In this document: piece by piece, positions 30,501-41,138 of the stretch
How the letters are laid out: every line of letters begins with the position of its first letter
Position numbering within the stretch: the stretch's first letter is position 1
DNA from: a virus
DNA length: 64,000 bases
Virus record (IMG/VR): IMGVR_UViG_3300020442_003756
Location: 2,400-66,399 of that record
Reading direction: 5' to 3' (one strand)
Translations under genes and position numbers: made by a program
Notes under the pieces: generated by a model
Database searches by the model: none
Told to the model about the DNA's origin: nothing
Seen by the model: only the letters and a program-made list of their open reading frames with translations

Positions 30501-31439
30501 TCTTAAATCCCCTGTTGAAGTAGCATCATTAAATGCTCTATATTCAGCATAATTACCATAATTACAAAATAAACCAAATACTGTACTACCATAAGCTACT
30601 GCATTATTAACCCCAGTGCTATCAAATAAACTACTAGTGTAACTATAAATTCCTCTTGATAGATTAGTTGAATCTAATTTAAATGGTGAAGTATTTGTTA
30701 ATGAATTTTGTGTTTGAGTTAACGTATAAGTAGAACCACTATCAACACCACTTTGTGCTCTAATAGTAAATTGAGCTCCAAAAGCTGGTGGATTATAAGA
30801 ACCCCCAATATATCTTGTCCAAACATAAGGACTTACATTTCTTTGTGGATGATAAACTTCAAAAGAACCACTAACTGAGGCAGTTGTGTAACTTTGAGTA
30901 GTTGGGTTTCCAATTTCAGCTAATGCAGCTGCTTCAATCATATTAAATTGAGTTTGGAAATATTGATTATTTGTTTGTTGTGAACCACCATAACCACCTA
31001 AAATGTTACCTCCTAAAGCACCCAAACTACCTCCACTATTAGCAGGTGAAGTACCTTGGAATAAAACACTACCTGAAGGTAACCATGGGTTTGCAGGCAC
31101 ACCAGATTGTGTAGAAACTACAGAATATAATTTATAAGGTCTATGAAAATAAGGATTATAATTGTAAGCATTAGTATCACCAGCTCCAATTCTTTGATAA
31201 CCTCTATAAACCCATAATTCTTCCGATGAAGAAATTGGAATAATTTGACCTTCTCCAGTTTGGTAACTTATTAAATTATTTAAACCAACAATTCTTGCAT
31301 TATAATTAGGATTTATGCTTGCATTAGGCAATTTAATAGCAGAGACATCAGCCGCAATTGAAGCTGATGTTCCTCCAGAACCTGAAATGTAAACTGTTTG
31401 ATCAGTTTCTCTAAATTTATATGATATTATTCTTGCCAT
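27516..31439 (-). CDS. Large Ser/Thr/Gly-rich virion structural protein
   Basis: 1307 aa ORF within the baseplate/fibre module; late motif at 31445-31453. Confidence 0.7.
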   Translation of the reverse strand: MARIISYKFRETDQTVYISGSGGTSASIAADVSAIKLPNASINPNYNARIVGLNNLISYQTGEGQIIPISSSEELWVYRGYQRIGAGDTNAYNYNPYFHRPYKLYSVVSTQSGVPANPWLPSGSVLFQGTSPANSGGSLGALGGNILGGYGGSQQTNNQYFQTQFNMIEAAALAEIGNPTTQSYTTASVSGSFEVYHPQRNVSPYVWTRYIGGSYNPPAFGAQFTIRAQSGVDSGSTYTLTQTQNSLTNTSPFKLDSTNLSRGIYSYTSSLFDSTGVNNAVAYGSTVFGLFCNYGNYAEYRAFNDATSTGDLRITYTASNLTSSFFDVEPGKQANFDALVGTPSSSFIGLVTSGSGFAVNSVQASGVTVPDYYAYRIDKVYASYSSSLSSSLDGLYIFNQVPQTNIMITASIRVDAWTGSDPSAGAVYGATGSLYGTASYGAGELGDGDTWPTCSIKLFKGNFPNHVPTVDITGSLISTVSQSILTESVFHVNQGTETQHTMSFMITESIYYRDCINMAISVSSGSAASSSVQNALFVKDYYMEFQNLPLIEGDGLVPTNLEGAFSGTLPFDFATDCQPTLNNINKDRDSSNFYDVDYSYGIYTPVNFDQIISGTAELADVQDSNYTTTRIIAPRYVGSTSTAFNLNSIDGLEGGYGLPPIDYLTSYFGYANEVTDPYPLLNGATQANIKYLVDGTGKAVQPNLSDWGAFDLQATYAVSETDNNPNNTALGAYENKARIAVNPQDSQTQYLALNGVKSLLKVAKRIEPVLYSQTSSIGYTRVVPMGGFAGVVSNYEADFTDYSLTAGGTAWGGNRMSKQFQRTPLAASQSVTIATAGNVGYPALLTSPTSSLSGVIKFAPDPLAPPNIPNSLSDAYSIQLAYIQPSTKPLPRLTKAGSFWKKSQWDNEVGFYEVGLESSTSQNFNSSVVQEPLELVAPPQMKFYFGNDFITIPTQEVLGGGNIGFNGNKYRITVNVSNISTIITQKGRNYADCTYVDFLLNLKTTGTLKTNRYYRWRTNCNYDAETVASTKFNFWNPTHVASPTNQNAPINPPPFPTALIRIAGLMTGQNSTDNAMNSPFWYFPFTDVTGSSITSSTDFGEPGNTGLDIIHLSSSNGNVVYGNSIQRTLAYSGSTSTYFPGNLEPIDTTWPQQRLPFTVEVGDEIRFENVESQAYKIINVTNPSDNESLSSQGGTPRFELRLQVDRDIDASVNKDFFLLRRYVDDASTIIIENEFPYPGTTGLRSVYNKNRQVSGSTIPGFQNLPAEPLSKKQLTTSAIVFPVFPTADINNQPDLLLDALRNNKLID

Positions 31440-31451
31440 TTAAAATAAATA

Positions 31452-34400
31452 TTATAATATACCTGAGAGTCCTCCGCCTCCTCCACCTGGTCCTCCACCA
31501 CCACCTGGTCCAGTTTGGAAATGATATGTTTGTGTTACTAAACAAGTACCTGCACTTGTAAATGTTCCTTGTATGTCTTCAAATATATGAATTCTGAGGC
31601 TTCTAGCATAATAAACAAAACTACCCGGTCCTGTATAGCCACCATTATAGTTAATTATTATTGTTGAATTACCTGTTCCTGTTCCACCTGCTGTTACAAA
31701 AGCCCATGGTACTGTAGTTTGGTTATTTGAAACTGATGGTAAAATAAATTCTAAACTAGAAGAATAGTTAGTTGTTGAACTTAAAGGTGTAACAAATATA
31801 CTAAATGAAGAAGCTGGGTTACTTAAATTAGTTAGTAGACCAGGACATGTAAATGTTAAAGTTGGTAATGGTGGTGCAGTTGTAGTAAATAATTGATTTG
31901 CATTTAATACCGGGGCTGAAGCTGTATAAACTGTATAGCTTGGACCAAAATCAACTGACTCACTTAAAAATCTATTCAATACTGCTGAACTTGTAAAATT
32001 ATTTGTTATTGTAAAAGGTATAAAATTTGATGAAGTTAGCATTGATTGACTAGGTGCTGCATTCATAAACCAAGGATAAGTACTTGCTTGGTATTGATTA
32101 TTTTGAGCACTTAAATAATCAGCATCAAATTCTTTAGAACCGGTATTAAAGTTTTGGTTTTGGTCTGATAAAAATGCTGAACCTGTCCCTACATAAGTTG
32201 GTACACCATTTTGATTTCCATAATAAGTTGCACTACCCCAACCTTTTTGAAATTGTGTTGTTGGGTAAGTATCAACTGGTGGGAAATAACCTTGTGGTGA
32301 AGATTGTGTTAAATTAACAGCAGGTGTTACATTTGGATCAATTCCGGAACCTGTTGCATACCAAATAAATTGCCCACTAGAACTAAATGAGAAATTAGTA
32401 AATAAAGGATCATTAGAATTAACTGCTAATGATGACCCTTGTGGGTTAATAAATAAAAGTGAACAATCAGCAGTTTGTGGTATTCCATCATCCATTACTG
32501 TTGCATTTCCTATATACCATGTTTGGAAACCACTAACAACATATCCTTGACTACCAGCTGTTCTTGCTTCATTTAATTTAAATGTTATATATTCAGCATA
32601 AGGAATATATTGATTAATTAAAAAGTTATTAGCTGTTTTATTTGATATTTTAATATATTTTACTTTTTGTCCTGCTTGATTAAACGCTGTCCAAAACCAA
32701 GCATAACCATCACCAGGACAATTTGCTTCATCTAAAAACCAAGATTCTGGTTTTTGGAATTGTGGGTCAACTGGGGCAAAAGATGAAGTTGGAATTAATT
32801 GGACATTAATATTTTGATTATCAGTAAATGGTGTGTTTGCTGAAGAACTAGCACTAGTACCTAAATTGATTTGGAACCAATCACCTGAAGCTGTTGGTAC
32901 AATTGACCAATCAACTCTTGTAAAATCTGGGAATGGGGTACCACTACCAGTAATTAATGAACCAAAATTAATTGAAACATAGGCACCAGAAGAATAAGTT
33001 ACACTATTAACTTTCCACCCAACAACTTGACTAGTTGTACCTGTACCAGCTGTATTAGTGAAAATAACATTACCCATATCTTGTCCAGCTGATGAAGAAG
33101 CAACTAAAGAAGCTAATGAAGCAGATTGATCAGGAAAACCAGTAGAAAAATCACTACCAGTAAAACTTACATAAGCAACTGTAGAAGAAGTTACTGCTGC
33201 ATTGTTAAATAAAATCTCCATTCTTTCCGCTGGTGGAAGATATGTTCCTGTTCTATACATGTTTTGGAAAGAAGAAGAAGTATTTGGATTGTAATATTCA
33301 ATTTTTTCAATTGGCCATTCTAAATAATCACTATTATCATCACTAACTAATTTTATACTCCCTAAAGAAGTTTCTTTTGATAAATTATTTAAAATATTAT
33401 AAACAGATCCACTAGTATTATCTTGAGCACTAAGTGACATAGTAGAAGAAACATATTGACTTGCATTACTTAATGATAAATCACCTAATAGTTGAAGCCC
33501 TATATTAGCTGTAGAATTGAAAGTATAAGGTAAAGTTGTTTCATTTACATTTTGACCAAAGAACCATTCTATTCTATAAAAATAATCTTCTAAATTATCA
33601 TTACCAAAATAAGCTTTACAAATTTCAGGATTTTCAAAATCAATAGCTCCTCCATCAGTTTGAAATTCTCCATTATAAAATTCTCTTTGATCATCTCTTA
33701 AAACAGTAACTAAACCTTTAGATGAACTAACTGATTCAGTAAAACTTTGTGTTACTTGAGGATAAACTTTGTAGAATGAAGAAGTAGCAACTTGTTGAGT
33801 TGTTAAAGAACTATAAGGAGTTGTACTTCCAGAATAGTAAACTGGAGCTGCATATAAGTTATTAAATGGTTCAAAAGTTCCCCCAGTACCACCTTGATAA
33901 GTATAAATTGATGAACCACTAACTAAATTATATTGTGGGTAATCATTTGAACCTGTATTATAATCTCTTGAGGTTGGTTTTATCGACCCAGATAATGTTT
34001 CATCTGTATAAGAAGCAGAAGGTGGGGCATATCTATTTCTTTCTAATAAATTTTGTTTAATTACTACACCTGAACTTAAAGTTGTTCTTGCGGGTGTAAA
34101 ATCTTCTATCATTTTAAATAATGAATTATCGAAGAATTTAATTAACCTTATAAAATCATTAATATCATAACTGTTAATATATTTAAGGAAATAAGCATCT
34201 CTTAAAGAATCTAAAGTTGGATAATTATAAGGATTTAAATCTTTTTCTGGGGTACTAGAAGCTGGTTGGGCATAAGGATAAGAAGAACCTGAAGCATACT
34301 CACCGGCTAATCTGTTTTGCATTACTTGTCTTGGATCACCAATATAATCTCCTAAATTATAAGCACCAATTTGAGCTATAATATCATCATTAATTTGATC

Positions 34401-37199
34401 TTGTGGTGAAAATGCTACTTCTAAATAATTTATATTAGGTTCACTTCCACTTATGTATGGTGATTGTGAAACTTTTCTAAATGGTGATAATGTTGAACCT
34501 GAAGGTATTACATTATTAGCAATTTGGATTTTATCACTAACTCTATTTTTTATACCTCCGGGTGTTTGATTTAATAATATTTCTTCTTTATTGTTATAAA
34601 ATTTTGTACCATCACTTAAATAATAATCACTTCCTCCAGTCTTAAATGATTGAGTTGTTGCCCATGAACCTGTTACTCTTGGATGTATAGAAGTTCTACT
34701 ACTTGTGTTTAATTCAGAACCTAATGGGGCTCTAAATACCAATGTATTTTCAGCACTATTTACTGTATTACCTTCAGTTGAATAAGGGTTAACAACATAG
34801 TCTAAAAACTTACTTTCACTAATTTCTTGATTCCAATATCTAATTTCTTGTATTGAAGCTGTTAATGGGTTATGATCTTGCCCCCCAATATTAATACCTC
34901 TACCTTCAACTGATGGAAATGAAGAAGTAACTACACTATTCCATCTTGCACTAACAATACCAGTAACTGAATTGGAAGATGAATATTGTAACTTTCCATT
35001 AAGTTTATTTCCAACAAATAAGGAAGCAGTAGTATCAGTAACAGAAGCTTGAACCGACCACCAATCATTATTAAAGAATGGTACTTGAACACTTGCACTA
35101 ACTGTTAAATCTGAAGTTCCTTCAGGATAGAATCTCATTGTAGCAAATTGATTCGAAGCACTAACAACGGAACCAGAATAAGAACCTGTTGCAAGACCTG
35201 AACCTGTATATTCTAAAGTAATTAAAGCCGTTGAATTGTTACCAGCCCAAACATTTTGGTATAATGAAGCTGTTGGTACTGAAATTGTTTTAAATCTAAA
35301 CTGTAAAGTTCTTGGTGTTACAATACCTGAAGCAGGTCTAAAACTAGAAGACATTTCAAACGAAGAACTAAAATAAGTACTTCTATCTAATAAATAAGCA
35401 TTATTAAACTGATTTTGTTTTAAATCCCAATCTTTAGTTGAAACTCTATCTTTACCACCAAATTCATTAATTCTTAAAATTGTATCTGGAATACCATAAG
35501 AAGTAATTAAAGCTCTTAAACCAGTAATTGTTCCCTTAGTTTTAAGTAAATAAGGAATATTATGGTAGATACGTTTATATAACTGCTTATTAACATCATC
35601 TAATGGGACTATGTCATCTGAAGCTGATATTTTAGTATCTACGTATTCAAACCCAGAAGCTGCGGGATATGATGATGTGATATTGCTTAGAGGGAATGTA
35701 CTTCCTGATGGGGTTAGTCCTAAAAAGGCTGTATAAAGATCGTCAGTATTAAAGTTATTAGCATATAATTTAACTCCAAAACTTTTAATAGCATCTGCTA
35801 CTAAATCTTTTGAAATACCATAATTTAATCTATTATCGCCATCAAATCTATTAGTTAAATCTTTTGTATAAGTCCAAATGTTATCATAATGTTGACCAAC
35901 CATATCAACAAATAATTCATATCTTGCATTATTAGGATCAGATCTTAAATATTCTGGTATTGCATAATATAATGAATTATTATTTTCATCATCATAATTT
36001 GATGCTGATATTGCTTGTTGTGTTTCCCAGTCCCTAGCTGTTACACTACTTGTTGGGGCTAAAACATAAGGTGGGGTTGAAGTTATTTTTGGATATGAAT
36101 GTTTTGAACCACTATTAAAATATAAGAAATATTCATAACCATCAAAATTAGTTATAATATCATTTATTTTAGCTTCCTCTACAGCCTTACTTGAACTATA
36201 AACATAAGACCCTGTTGTTGAACCCTCTACTGCCCCAAATGAAGCAGATAAAACAGCACTTGAGGATTGAATTAAACCAACTTTATAAACAAAATTTTCT
36301 AATCTAGTTTTTGCAGTTGAAAAATTAACAAATTGACTATAATCCTCATAATCAATGTTAATATTAATTTCTTTTCTATCTAATAAACTTTTTATTTGAC
36401 TTACAGAACTTGTAACATCAGAATTTATTAAGGTGTTATAGCTAAAAATTTCACTTGATTCACCAGTTTCATTTTTAATATTTAAACTATAATTAGGTCC
36501 TGCTATATAATTTAAATTTTCACTATCAAGATTAATTTGGGGAAATATTACATTATATGCTTGTGGAGTTGATATTTCTTCTACAACCCAAAGTGTTGAT
36601 TTAACTTGAAAATTATTAGGAAGTGGTTCATATAATTTAACTAATAATGAAGCATCTTCTTCTGATTGTGTATCAAGTTGTAAATTATTAGCAATAACTT
36701 GTTGATCATTACCAAAATTAAGTAAAAAATCAACAAAATAATCAGCTTCCTCTCTTTGTGTAATAAATTCTAAACTTGAACTTACTACTACATCATTTGG
36801 AATAGAAGTTGTTTTTAATCTTAATTCAGTTCTATCTGAACTTATTTCACTAATATAATAGTTTATTGTTATTCCTGAACCTAATTTAGTTCTATAAAAA
36901 TTATAAGTTGTGTAATAACTACCTTGTACATAGCCAATTTCTTCTAAATCTTTATCTGGATAAAGTAATGTATCACCCTGAATAACTTTAAAAGATGTTA
37001 CTTCTGCTGCCTTAACTGGTGGGGTTGGGTATAATTGATTTCTATTCTCATCATAAGCATAAAATTCAATATAATCAGTTGAACTTGAAAATACAGTATC
37101 AAGAACGGAAGCAGAAATCAATTGATTATCTTCGGCAGAGTAATTTTGATAATCAAAAGTACCTGGTAATACTGGTAATATTTGTAATTGTTCAGCCAT
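31452..37199 (-). CDS. Large baseplate wedge-like structural protein with possible LamG-like domain
   Basis: EISSDRTELRL, LLKTKGTITGLRALITSYGIP (tail protein I-like), SIQEIRYWN. Confidence 0.7.
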   Translation of the reverse strand: MAEQLQILPVLPGTFDYQNYSAEDNQLISASVLDTVFSSSTDYIEFYAYDENRNQLYPTPPVKAAEVTSFKVIQGDTLLYPDKDLEEIGYVQGSYYTTYNFYRTKLGSGITINYYISEISSDRTELRLKTTSIPNDVVVSSSLEFITQREEADYFVDFLLNFGNDQQVIANNLQLDTQSEEDASLLVKLYEPLPNNFQVKSTLWVVEEISTPQAYNVIFPQINLDSENLNYIAGPNYSLNIKNETGESSEIFSYNTLINSDVTSSVSQIKSLLDRKEININIDYEDYSQFVNFSTAKTRLENFVYKVGLIQSSSAVLSASFGAVEGSTTGSYVYSSSKAVEEAKINDIITNFDGYEYFLYFNSGSKHSYPKITSTPPYVLAPTSSVTARDWETQQAISASNYDDENNNSLYYAIPEYLRSDPNNARYELFVDMVGQHYDNIWTYTKDLTNRFDGDNRLNYGISKDLVADAIKSFGVKLYANNFNTDDLYTAFLGLTPSGSTFPLSNITSSYPAASGFEYVDTKISASDDIVPLDDVNKQLYKRIYHNIPYLLKTKGTITGLRALITSYGIPDTILRINEFGGKDRVSTKDWDLKQNQFNNAYLLDRSTYFSSSFEMSSSFRPASGIVTPRTLQFRFKTISVPTASLYQNVWAGNNSTALITLEYTGSGLATGSYSGSVVSASNQFATMRFYPEGTSDLTVSASVQVPFFNNDWWSVQASVTDTTASLFVGNKLNGKLQYSSSNSVTGIVSARWNSVVTSSFPSVEGRGINIGGQDHNPLTASIQEIRYWNQEISESKFLDYVVNPYSTEGNTVNSAENTLVFRAPLGSELNTSSRTSIHPRVTGSWATTQSFKTGGSDYYLSDGTKFYNNKEEILLNQTPGGIKNRVSDKIQIANNVIPSGSTLSPFRKVSQSPYISGSEPNINYLEVAFSPQDQINDDIIAQIGAYNLGDYIGDPRQVMQNRLAGEYASGSSYPYAQPASSTPEKDLNPYNYPTLDSLRDAYFLKYINSYDINDFIRLIKFFDNSLFKMIEDFTPARTTLSSGVVIKQNLLERNRYAPPSASYTDETLSGSIKPTSRDYNTGSNDYPQYNLVSGSSIYTYQGGTGGTFEPFNNLYAAPVYYSGSTTPYSSLTTQQVATSSFYKVYPQVTQSFTESVSSSKGLVTVLRDDQREFYNGEFQTDGGAIDFENPEICKAYFGNDNLEDYFYRIEWFFGQNVNETTLPYTFNSTANIGLQLLGDLSLSNASQYVSSTMSLSAQDNTSGSVYNILNNLSKETSLGSIKLVSDDNSDYLEWPIEKIEYYNPNTSSSFQNMYRTGTYLPPAERMEILFNNAAVTSSTVAYVSFTGSDFSTGFPDQSASLASLVASSSAGQDMGNVIFTNTAGTGTTSQVVGWKVNSVTYSSGAYVSINFGSLITGSGTPFPDFTRVDWSIVPTASGDWFQINLGTSASSSANTPFTDNQNINVQLIPTSSFAPVDPQFQKPESWFLDEANCPGDGYAWFWTAFNQAGQKVKYIKISNKTANNFLINQYIPYAEYITFKLNEARTAGSQGYVVSGFQTWYIGNATVMDDGIPQTADCSLLFINPQGSSLAVNSNDPLFTNFSFSSSGQFIWYATGSGIDPNVTPAVNLTQSSPQGYFPPVDTYPTTQFQKGWGSATYYGNQNGVPTYVGTGSAFLSDQNQNFNTGSKEFDADYLSAQNNQYQASTYPWFMNAAPSQSMLTSSNFIPFTITNNFTSSAVLNRFLSESVDFGPSYTVYTASAPVLNANQLFTTTAPPLPTLTFTCPGLLTNLSNPASSFSIFVTPLSSTTNYSSSLEFILPSVSNNQTTVPWAFVTAGGTGTGNSTIIINYNGGYTGPGSFVYYARSLRIHIFEDIQGTFTSAGTCLVTQTYHFQTGPGGGGGPGGGGGGLSGIL

Positions 37200-37717
37200 T
37201 AGTAACTACCACCTCCTCCTCCGGTTGCCATTGGAGAACTACCTCCTGGTATTATTGTGTTTGTATTATTAGTTGTTGTTCCATCTACTGCTGCTACTTC
37301 ACCATTTTCATTTAATATAAGATTAGCTTCATTTCTAATAGCATCACCAATTTCTTTATTTCCTGTTACCTCATCAGCATCAGATGCAACACTTTCTATT
37401 TGTAATTGTAATAATTCTTCTCTCAATCCTGTTATTTCTTGTCTTAATGCTTCAATTTCCTCATTATCTTGATCAAATCCAACATATTCACCACTTGTTT
37501 TTGCTAAATATTCATGAGAATTTGTTTCACCCTCTACGGGTATATCATAAAAAAGATCATTGTAATATCCAAAGAATTGTTCAACTGTTATTTCATTTTC
37601 TTCTTCTTCAGCAATAGTTGAAACACCTAATTGAGTAAAATTAGTATTGATAATTTTAGTGTATTCTGATTTTGAATATACTTTTCGCAATAAATCTATT
37701 CTTTCTGATTTTGCCAT
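37199..37717 (-). CDS. Structural-module protein with coiled coil and Gly-rich tail
   Basis: FF..Y..LFY.IP..G..NSH.YL, EIEALRQEITGLREELL. Confidence 0.6.
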   Translation of the reverse strand: MAKSERIDLLRKVYSKSEYTKIINTNFTQLGVSTIAEEEENEITVEQFFGYYNDLFYDIPVEGETNSHEYLAKTSGEYVGFDQDNEEIEALRQEITGLREELLQLQIESVASDADEVTGNKEIGDAIRNEANLILNENGEVAAVDGTTTNNTNTIIPGGSSPMATGGGGGSY

Positions 37718-37719
37718 AA

Positions 37720-38880
37720 TTATCCGTTTACAACTTTAAAGTAATAATCTTCATCTAAAATAATTGTATTACCAGCAATATTAGTTTTAACTAGTATTTT
37801 ATAATTTCTTTCAGGTTCTAATCCATTCATATATACTTTAAAGTAGCTTCCGGTTGCATCACAACTTATTTGAGTAAAATCGTTATCAAATTCAACAACA
37901 TATTCATTGGTTGCTAAATCTTTTATAGCGTAATAAGATTCAGATGGTAAAGCATGGTTTGTAGTATATAACGAAGAAGTTTTATATGTTCTTGCTGGAA
38001 ATTCAGGTCTACAATTTAATCTAAAATTATTAATACTTTGACTATAAAAAGTTCCTAAATTATTATCCAAGGAAACATATAAATCTGGGGTATTAATAAC
38101 TTCTAGGCTTCCAGTATTATAAACAAAATCTCTCCATTTTATTTCTAAAGCAGGAGGATAAATTGTATTTGTATCAACTGAATAGAATTTTAACCAGGGT
38201 TGAATAGCATCTGAAGAATTAAATTCTTCACTACTACCCCATCTTAATAAGAAACCTTCATTTTCCTGATCTATTAAACCTGAGTTAAGTCCTTTTGAAG
38301 ATGAATACCACATTTTAACAATATTAGTAACATCAGCATTTAAATCTTTAGTACTTCTTAAATTAAAATTTTGTGAACCAGTAATTTCGTTTAAGCCAGC
38401 ATAACCACTAGCGGTTGTAAACCAGTTAGCACCACCAGCATTTGAATTACCAACCCAAGAACCAGTTGAATTAGAAGGAAAACCACCAGTTCTCCATTTT
38501 CTTGAACCAGAATAATTTGCGTAAACCCAACTTGCTCCGTTAGTTACTTGTTCATTATCAAGATATTGACCCGAACCATTATTCCAAGAACCTGAAACAG
38601 CATAAATTTTTAAATTAGAATCCATTATTATTCCTGTAGCTTTAGCTATATAAGCTTTTAAACTCGCAGAAATATTTAAACTACCAGTAATTTGATTATC
38701 AACAACATTTTCAATTTCTGATTGATCAAATTTAATAATTGATCTAGCTACTCTTGGAGTATCTCCAGAAGAAGTTACTTCATTTTTAACCTCTAAAATA
38801 GCATCTAATCCTGTATTCATAGCAGGATAAGCACTATAAAGTGTTGCGTCTTGAGAAGGAAATAATTTATATACTGCCAT
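37720..38880 (-). CDS. Virion protein with DNRLRE/CBM96-like domain
   Basis: DATLYS..P..N.G.D..LEV, RSIIKFD, DVTNIVKMW, NEGFLLR, F.S..T...P.LEI. Confidence 0.6.
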   Translation of the reverse strand: MAVYKLFPSQDATLYSAYPAMNTGLDAILEVKNEVTSSGDTPRVARSIIKFDQSEIENVVDNQITGSLNISASLKAYIAKATGIIMDSNLKIYAVSGSWNNGSGQYLDNEQVTNGASWVYANYSGSRKWRTGGFPSNSTGSWVGNSNAGGANWFTTASGYAGLNEITGSQNFNLRSTKDLNADVTNIVKMWYSSSKGLNSGLIDQENEGFLLRWGSSEEFNSSDAIQPWLKFYSVDTNTIYPPALEIKWRDFVYNTGSLEVINTPDLYVSLDNNLGTFYSQSINNFRLNCRPEFPARTYKTSSLYTTNHALPSESYYAIKDLATNEYVVEFDNDFTQISCDATGSYFKVYMNGLEPERNYKILVKTNIAGNTIILDEDYYFKVVNG

Positions 38881-38884
38881 AATT

Positions 38885-40729
38885 TTATATTGCTACTACT
38901 TGTCCTTTAATATCACTATTTGGATATTTTATTTCAAATATACTTGGATCTAATGAAGGAAATATTGTCCCATTTTGGGTTGCACCTTCAATATCATAAG
39001 CATATTGTGAATATCCTTTTGAAACACCAACTAAATTACTAAATTTAACTTTTTTAACAGTTTGTACACCTTCAATTTCATCTAATAAAACTGAAATAGG
39101 ATTTAATAAAATTGGTTGATTTATTTGCCATCTATCTGTAGCAAAATAATTTTGTAATGCTACAATACATCTTTCAATTACTTGATTATTATTATAATTT
39201 GGTAAAGTAATTATTTGAAAATCAATACCAATATTAATAATAAAAGCATCTTTTATACTTAACGTATCACCAATCATTCTAGATTGATTTAAATAAGTTT
39301 TTAAATTTTCTTTTAAAGCAGTTGAAGCAGGAGATAATTTACCATTAATATCTTGACCTAAAACAAAAATATCTAAAGTTGTATTAGCACTAGTTGCATC
39401 AGGTTTTTGTGTTATTGCCTTTGAAATTGTACCAAATTTAGAAGGCATACTTAATGTTCTAACTAAATAATCATCAGCAGTAACATTTCTTTGTTGAGAA
39501 CCAAAATTTGAAACAATATTATTTCTTATTTCTTCAATAGTATCTCCATCTGAACCACCACTAGCTGCTATTGGGTTATTTGTTGCTATTGAATCAAAAA
39601 CTGTACTTGCAAGTGTTGGATTTAATCCTCCATTAATAAATTGAATTGTATTTGTATTAGGATTAGTTAAAGTATTAGCTAAAATATTTGCACTAACTCC
39701 ACCACCTGTATAGTATCTAACTGTTAATGTAGTATTTGTAGGGGCAACACCATAAGTATTTGTAAATATAAAATTAGTGGGTGAATAAGCCGCCATTAAT
39801 TTATTTTGTTGGAAAGGTAAACCTACACCAACATTAAAAGAATTTGGAATAATTTCTTCGGTTGTATCACTAGGATTACCTGAACCAAATTGAATTTGAA
39901 GGGTTGTTTCGTTTAAAAATCTTGTAGCAAATCTATTTTGTACTTGTTTTGTTTTTAAAATATAAGGTGTATCACTTCCACTAACATAATTATTTGGGTC
40001 ATTAATATTAGTATTTTTAATATTATCATAAACTAAATCTTGACCTAAATAATCAACTTCATACCAAATATTACCATCTGAATCAACAATATCTAAAATT
40101 CCAGCAATATTTGTTGCGGAAATGTTTACTGTTGGAAAAGCTTGAGGAGCACCAAAAGTAAATTGAGTTGAATTAATTGTACCAGAAAAACCTCTTGCTG
40201 TTTTCTTTAAAAGATATTGTGAAGGATTTCCACTTGTTATTTGGGCAATTGAAACTGAAGTTGGATTATCAGAACTTGATACTGAAAAGTCTATTGGTTC
40301 TTCAATTGTAAAAGTAGTTGGTGTACCAGCTCTTGTACTTACTTGAGTATTTGCGTTAACATAAAGTGCATAATCGTAATCTGGTACATATTGACTTGCT
40401 GAAACTTTTGAAGGTACAATTTGGTAAAAATCAATGTCTGTAGTAGCTAAAGATGTTACAGTTGGTTTATAACCAAACATGTAAGCCATATCAAATAGGT
40501 TATTACTTTGTCTTGCAAATTGAACAAAATTTTCTTGAATTTGATTATCTAAATAAAATGATAAAACATCTCCAACATAAGCAGCTTGTTCTATAAACAT
40601 CATACCAGGTGATGTTTCTGTAAAATCAGTGTAAGTTGAAGGGAAATAAGTTTTAGAGTAATTAATTAATTGAGCTCTATACTCACTAAAATCCTTATTA
40701 ATATAATTTATATTTCTTCTAATAGCCAT
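38885..40729 (-). CDS. Baseplate wedge subunit (T4 gp6/baseplate J-like)
   Basis: KDFSEYR, YVGDVLSFYLD, GGSD.DTIEEIR, QQRNVTADDY. Confidence 0.88.
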   Translation of the reverse strand: MAIRRNINYINKDFSEYRAQLINYSKTYFPSTYTDFTETSPGMMFIEQAAYVGDVLSFYLDNQIQENFVQFARQSNNLFDMAYMFGYKPTVTSLATTDIDFYQIVPSKVSASQYVPDYDYALYVNANTQVSTRAGTPTTFTIEEPIDFSVSSSDNPTSVSIAQITSGNPSQYLLKKTARGFSGTINSTQFTFGAPQAFPTVNISATNIAGILDIVDSDGNIWYEVDYLGQDLVYDNIKNTNINDPNNYVSGSDTPYILKTKQVQNRFATRFLNETTLQIQFGSGNPSDTTEEIIPNSFNVGVGLPFQQNKLMAAYSPTNFIFTNTYGVAPTNTTLTVRYYTGGGVSANILANTLTNPNTNTIQFINGGLNPTLASTVFDSIATNNPIAASGGSDGDTIEEIRNNIVSNFGSQQRNVTADDYLVRTLSMPSKFGTISKAITQKPDATSANTTLDIFVLGQDINGKLSPASTALKENLKTYLNQSRMIGDTLSIKDAFIINIGIDFQIITLPNYNNNQVIERCIVALQNYFATDRWQINQPILLNPISVLLDEIEGVQTVKKVKFSNLVGVSKGYSQYAYDIEGATQNGTIFPSLDPSIFEIKYPNSDIKGQVVAI

Positions 40730-41136
40730 TATTGAAAGCTTAAATTTAATTCATCTTCTATACCTGTATTAGCCACAGCATAATTAATATTAACTACAAC
40801 CTCATTATAATCTTGGTTACCAACAACACTTACTTTATCTACTATTACATCAGGAAAAAATGTTTGTAATTTTTGTCCTATATCTTCTTTTAAAAAATCT
40901 AAATTTTCTTCCGCTAATTGTTGAAAAATAAATCCTCTTAAACCTCCTCCAAAAGTAGGGTTACCAGGTCTTTCACCTGGATTTGTTAAAAAATAATTGA
41001 CTAGATTATTCTTTATTGCTTCTCTAGTTGAATAATTTGGAGTAAATACCCCACCCGCACTAAACGGAATATCAACACCAACACCAACTCTTGGTCTTGT
41101 GTCATTAGGGAATTTTTTTATTGCTCCAAATGCCAT
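40729..41136 (-). CDS. Baseplate wedge subunit gp25-like
   Basis: LTNPGERPGNPTFGGGL motif. Confidence 0.88.
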   Translation of the reverse strand: MAFGAIKKFPNDTRPRVGVGVDIPFSAGGVFTPNYSTREAIKNNLVNYFLTNPGERPGNPTFGGGLRGFIFQQLAEENLDFLKEDIGQKLQTFFPDVIVDKVSVVGNQDYNEVVVNINYAVANTGIEDELNLSFQ

Positions 41137-41138
41137 TT

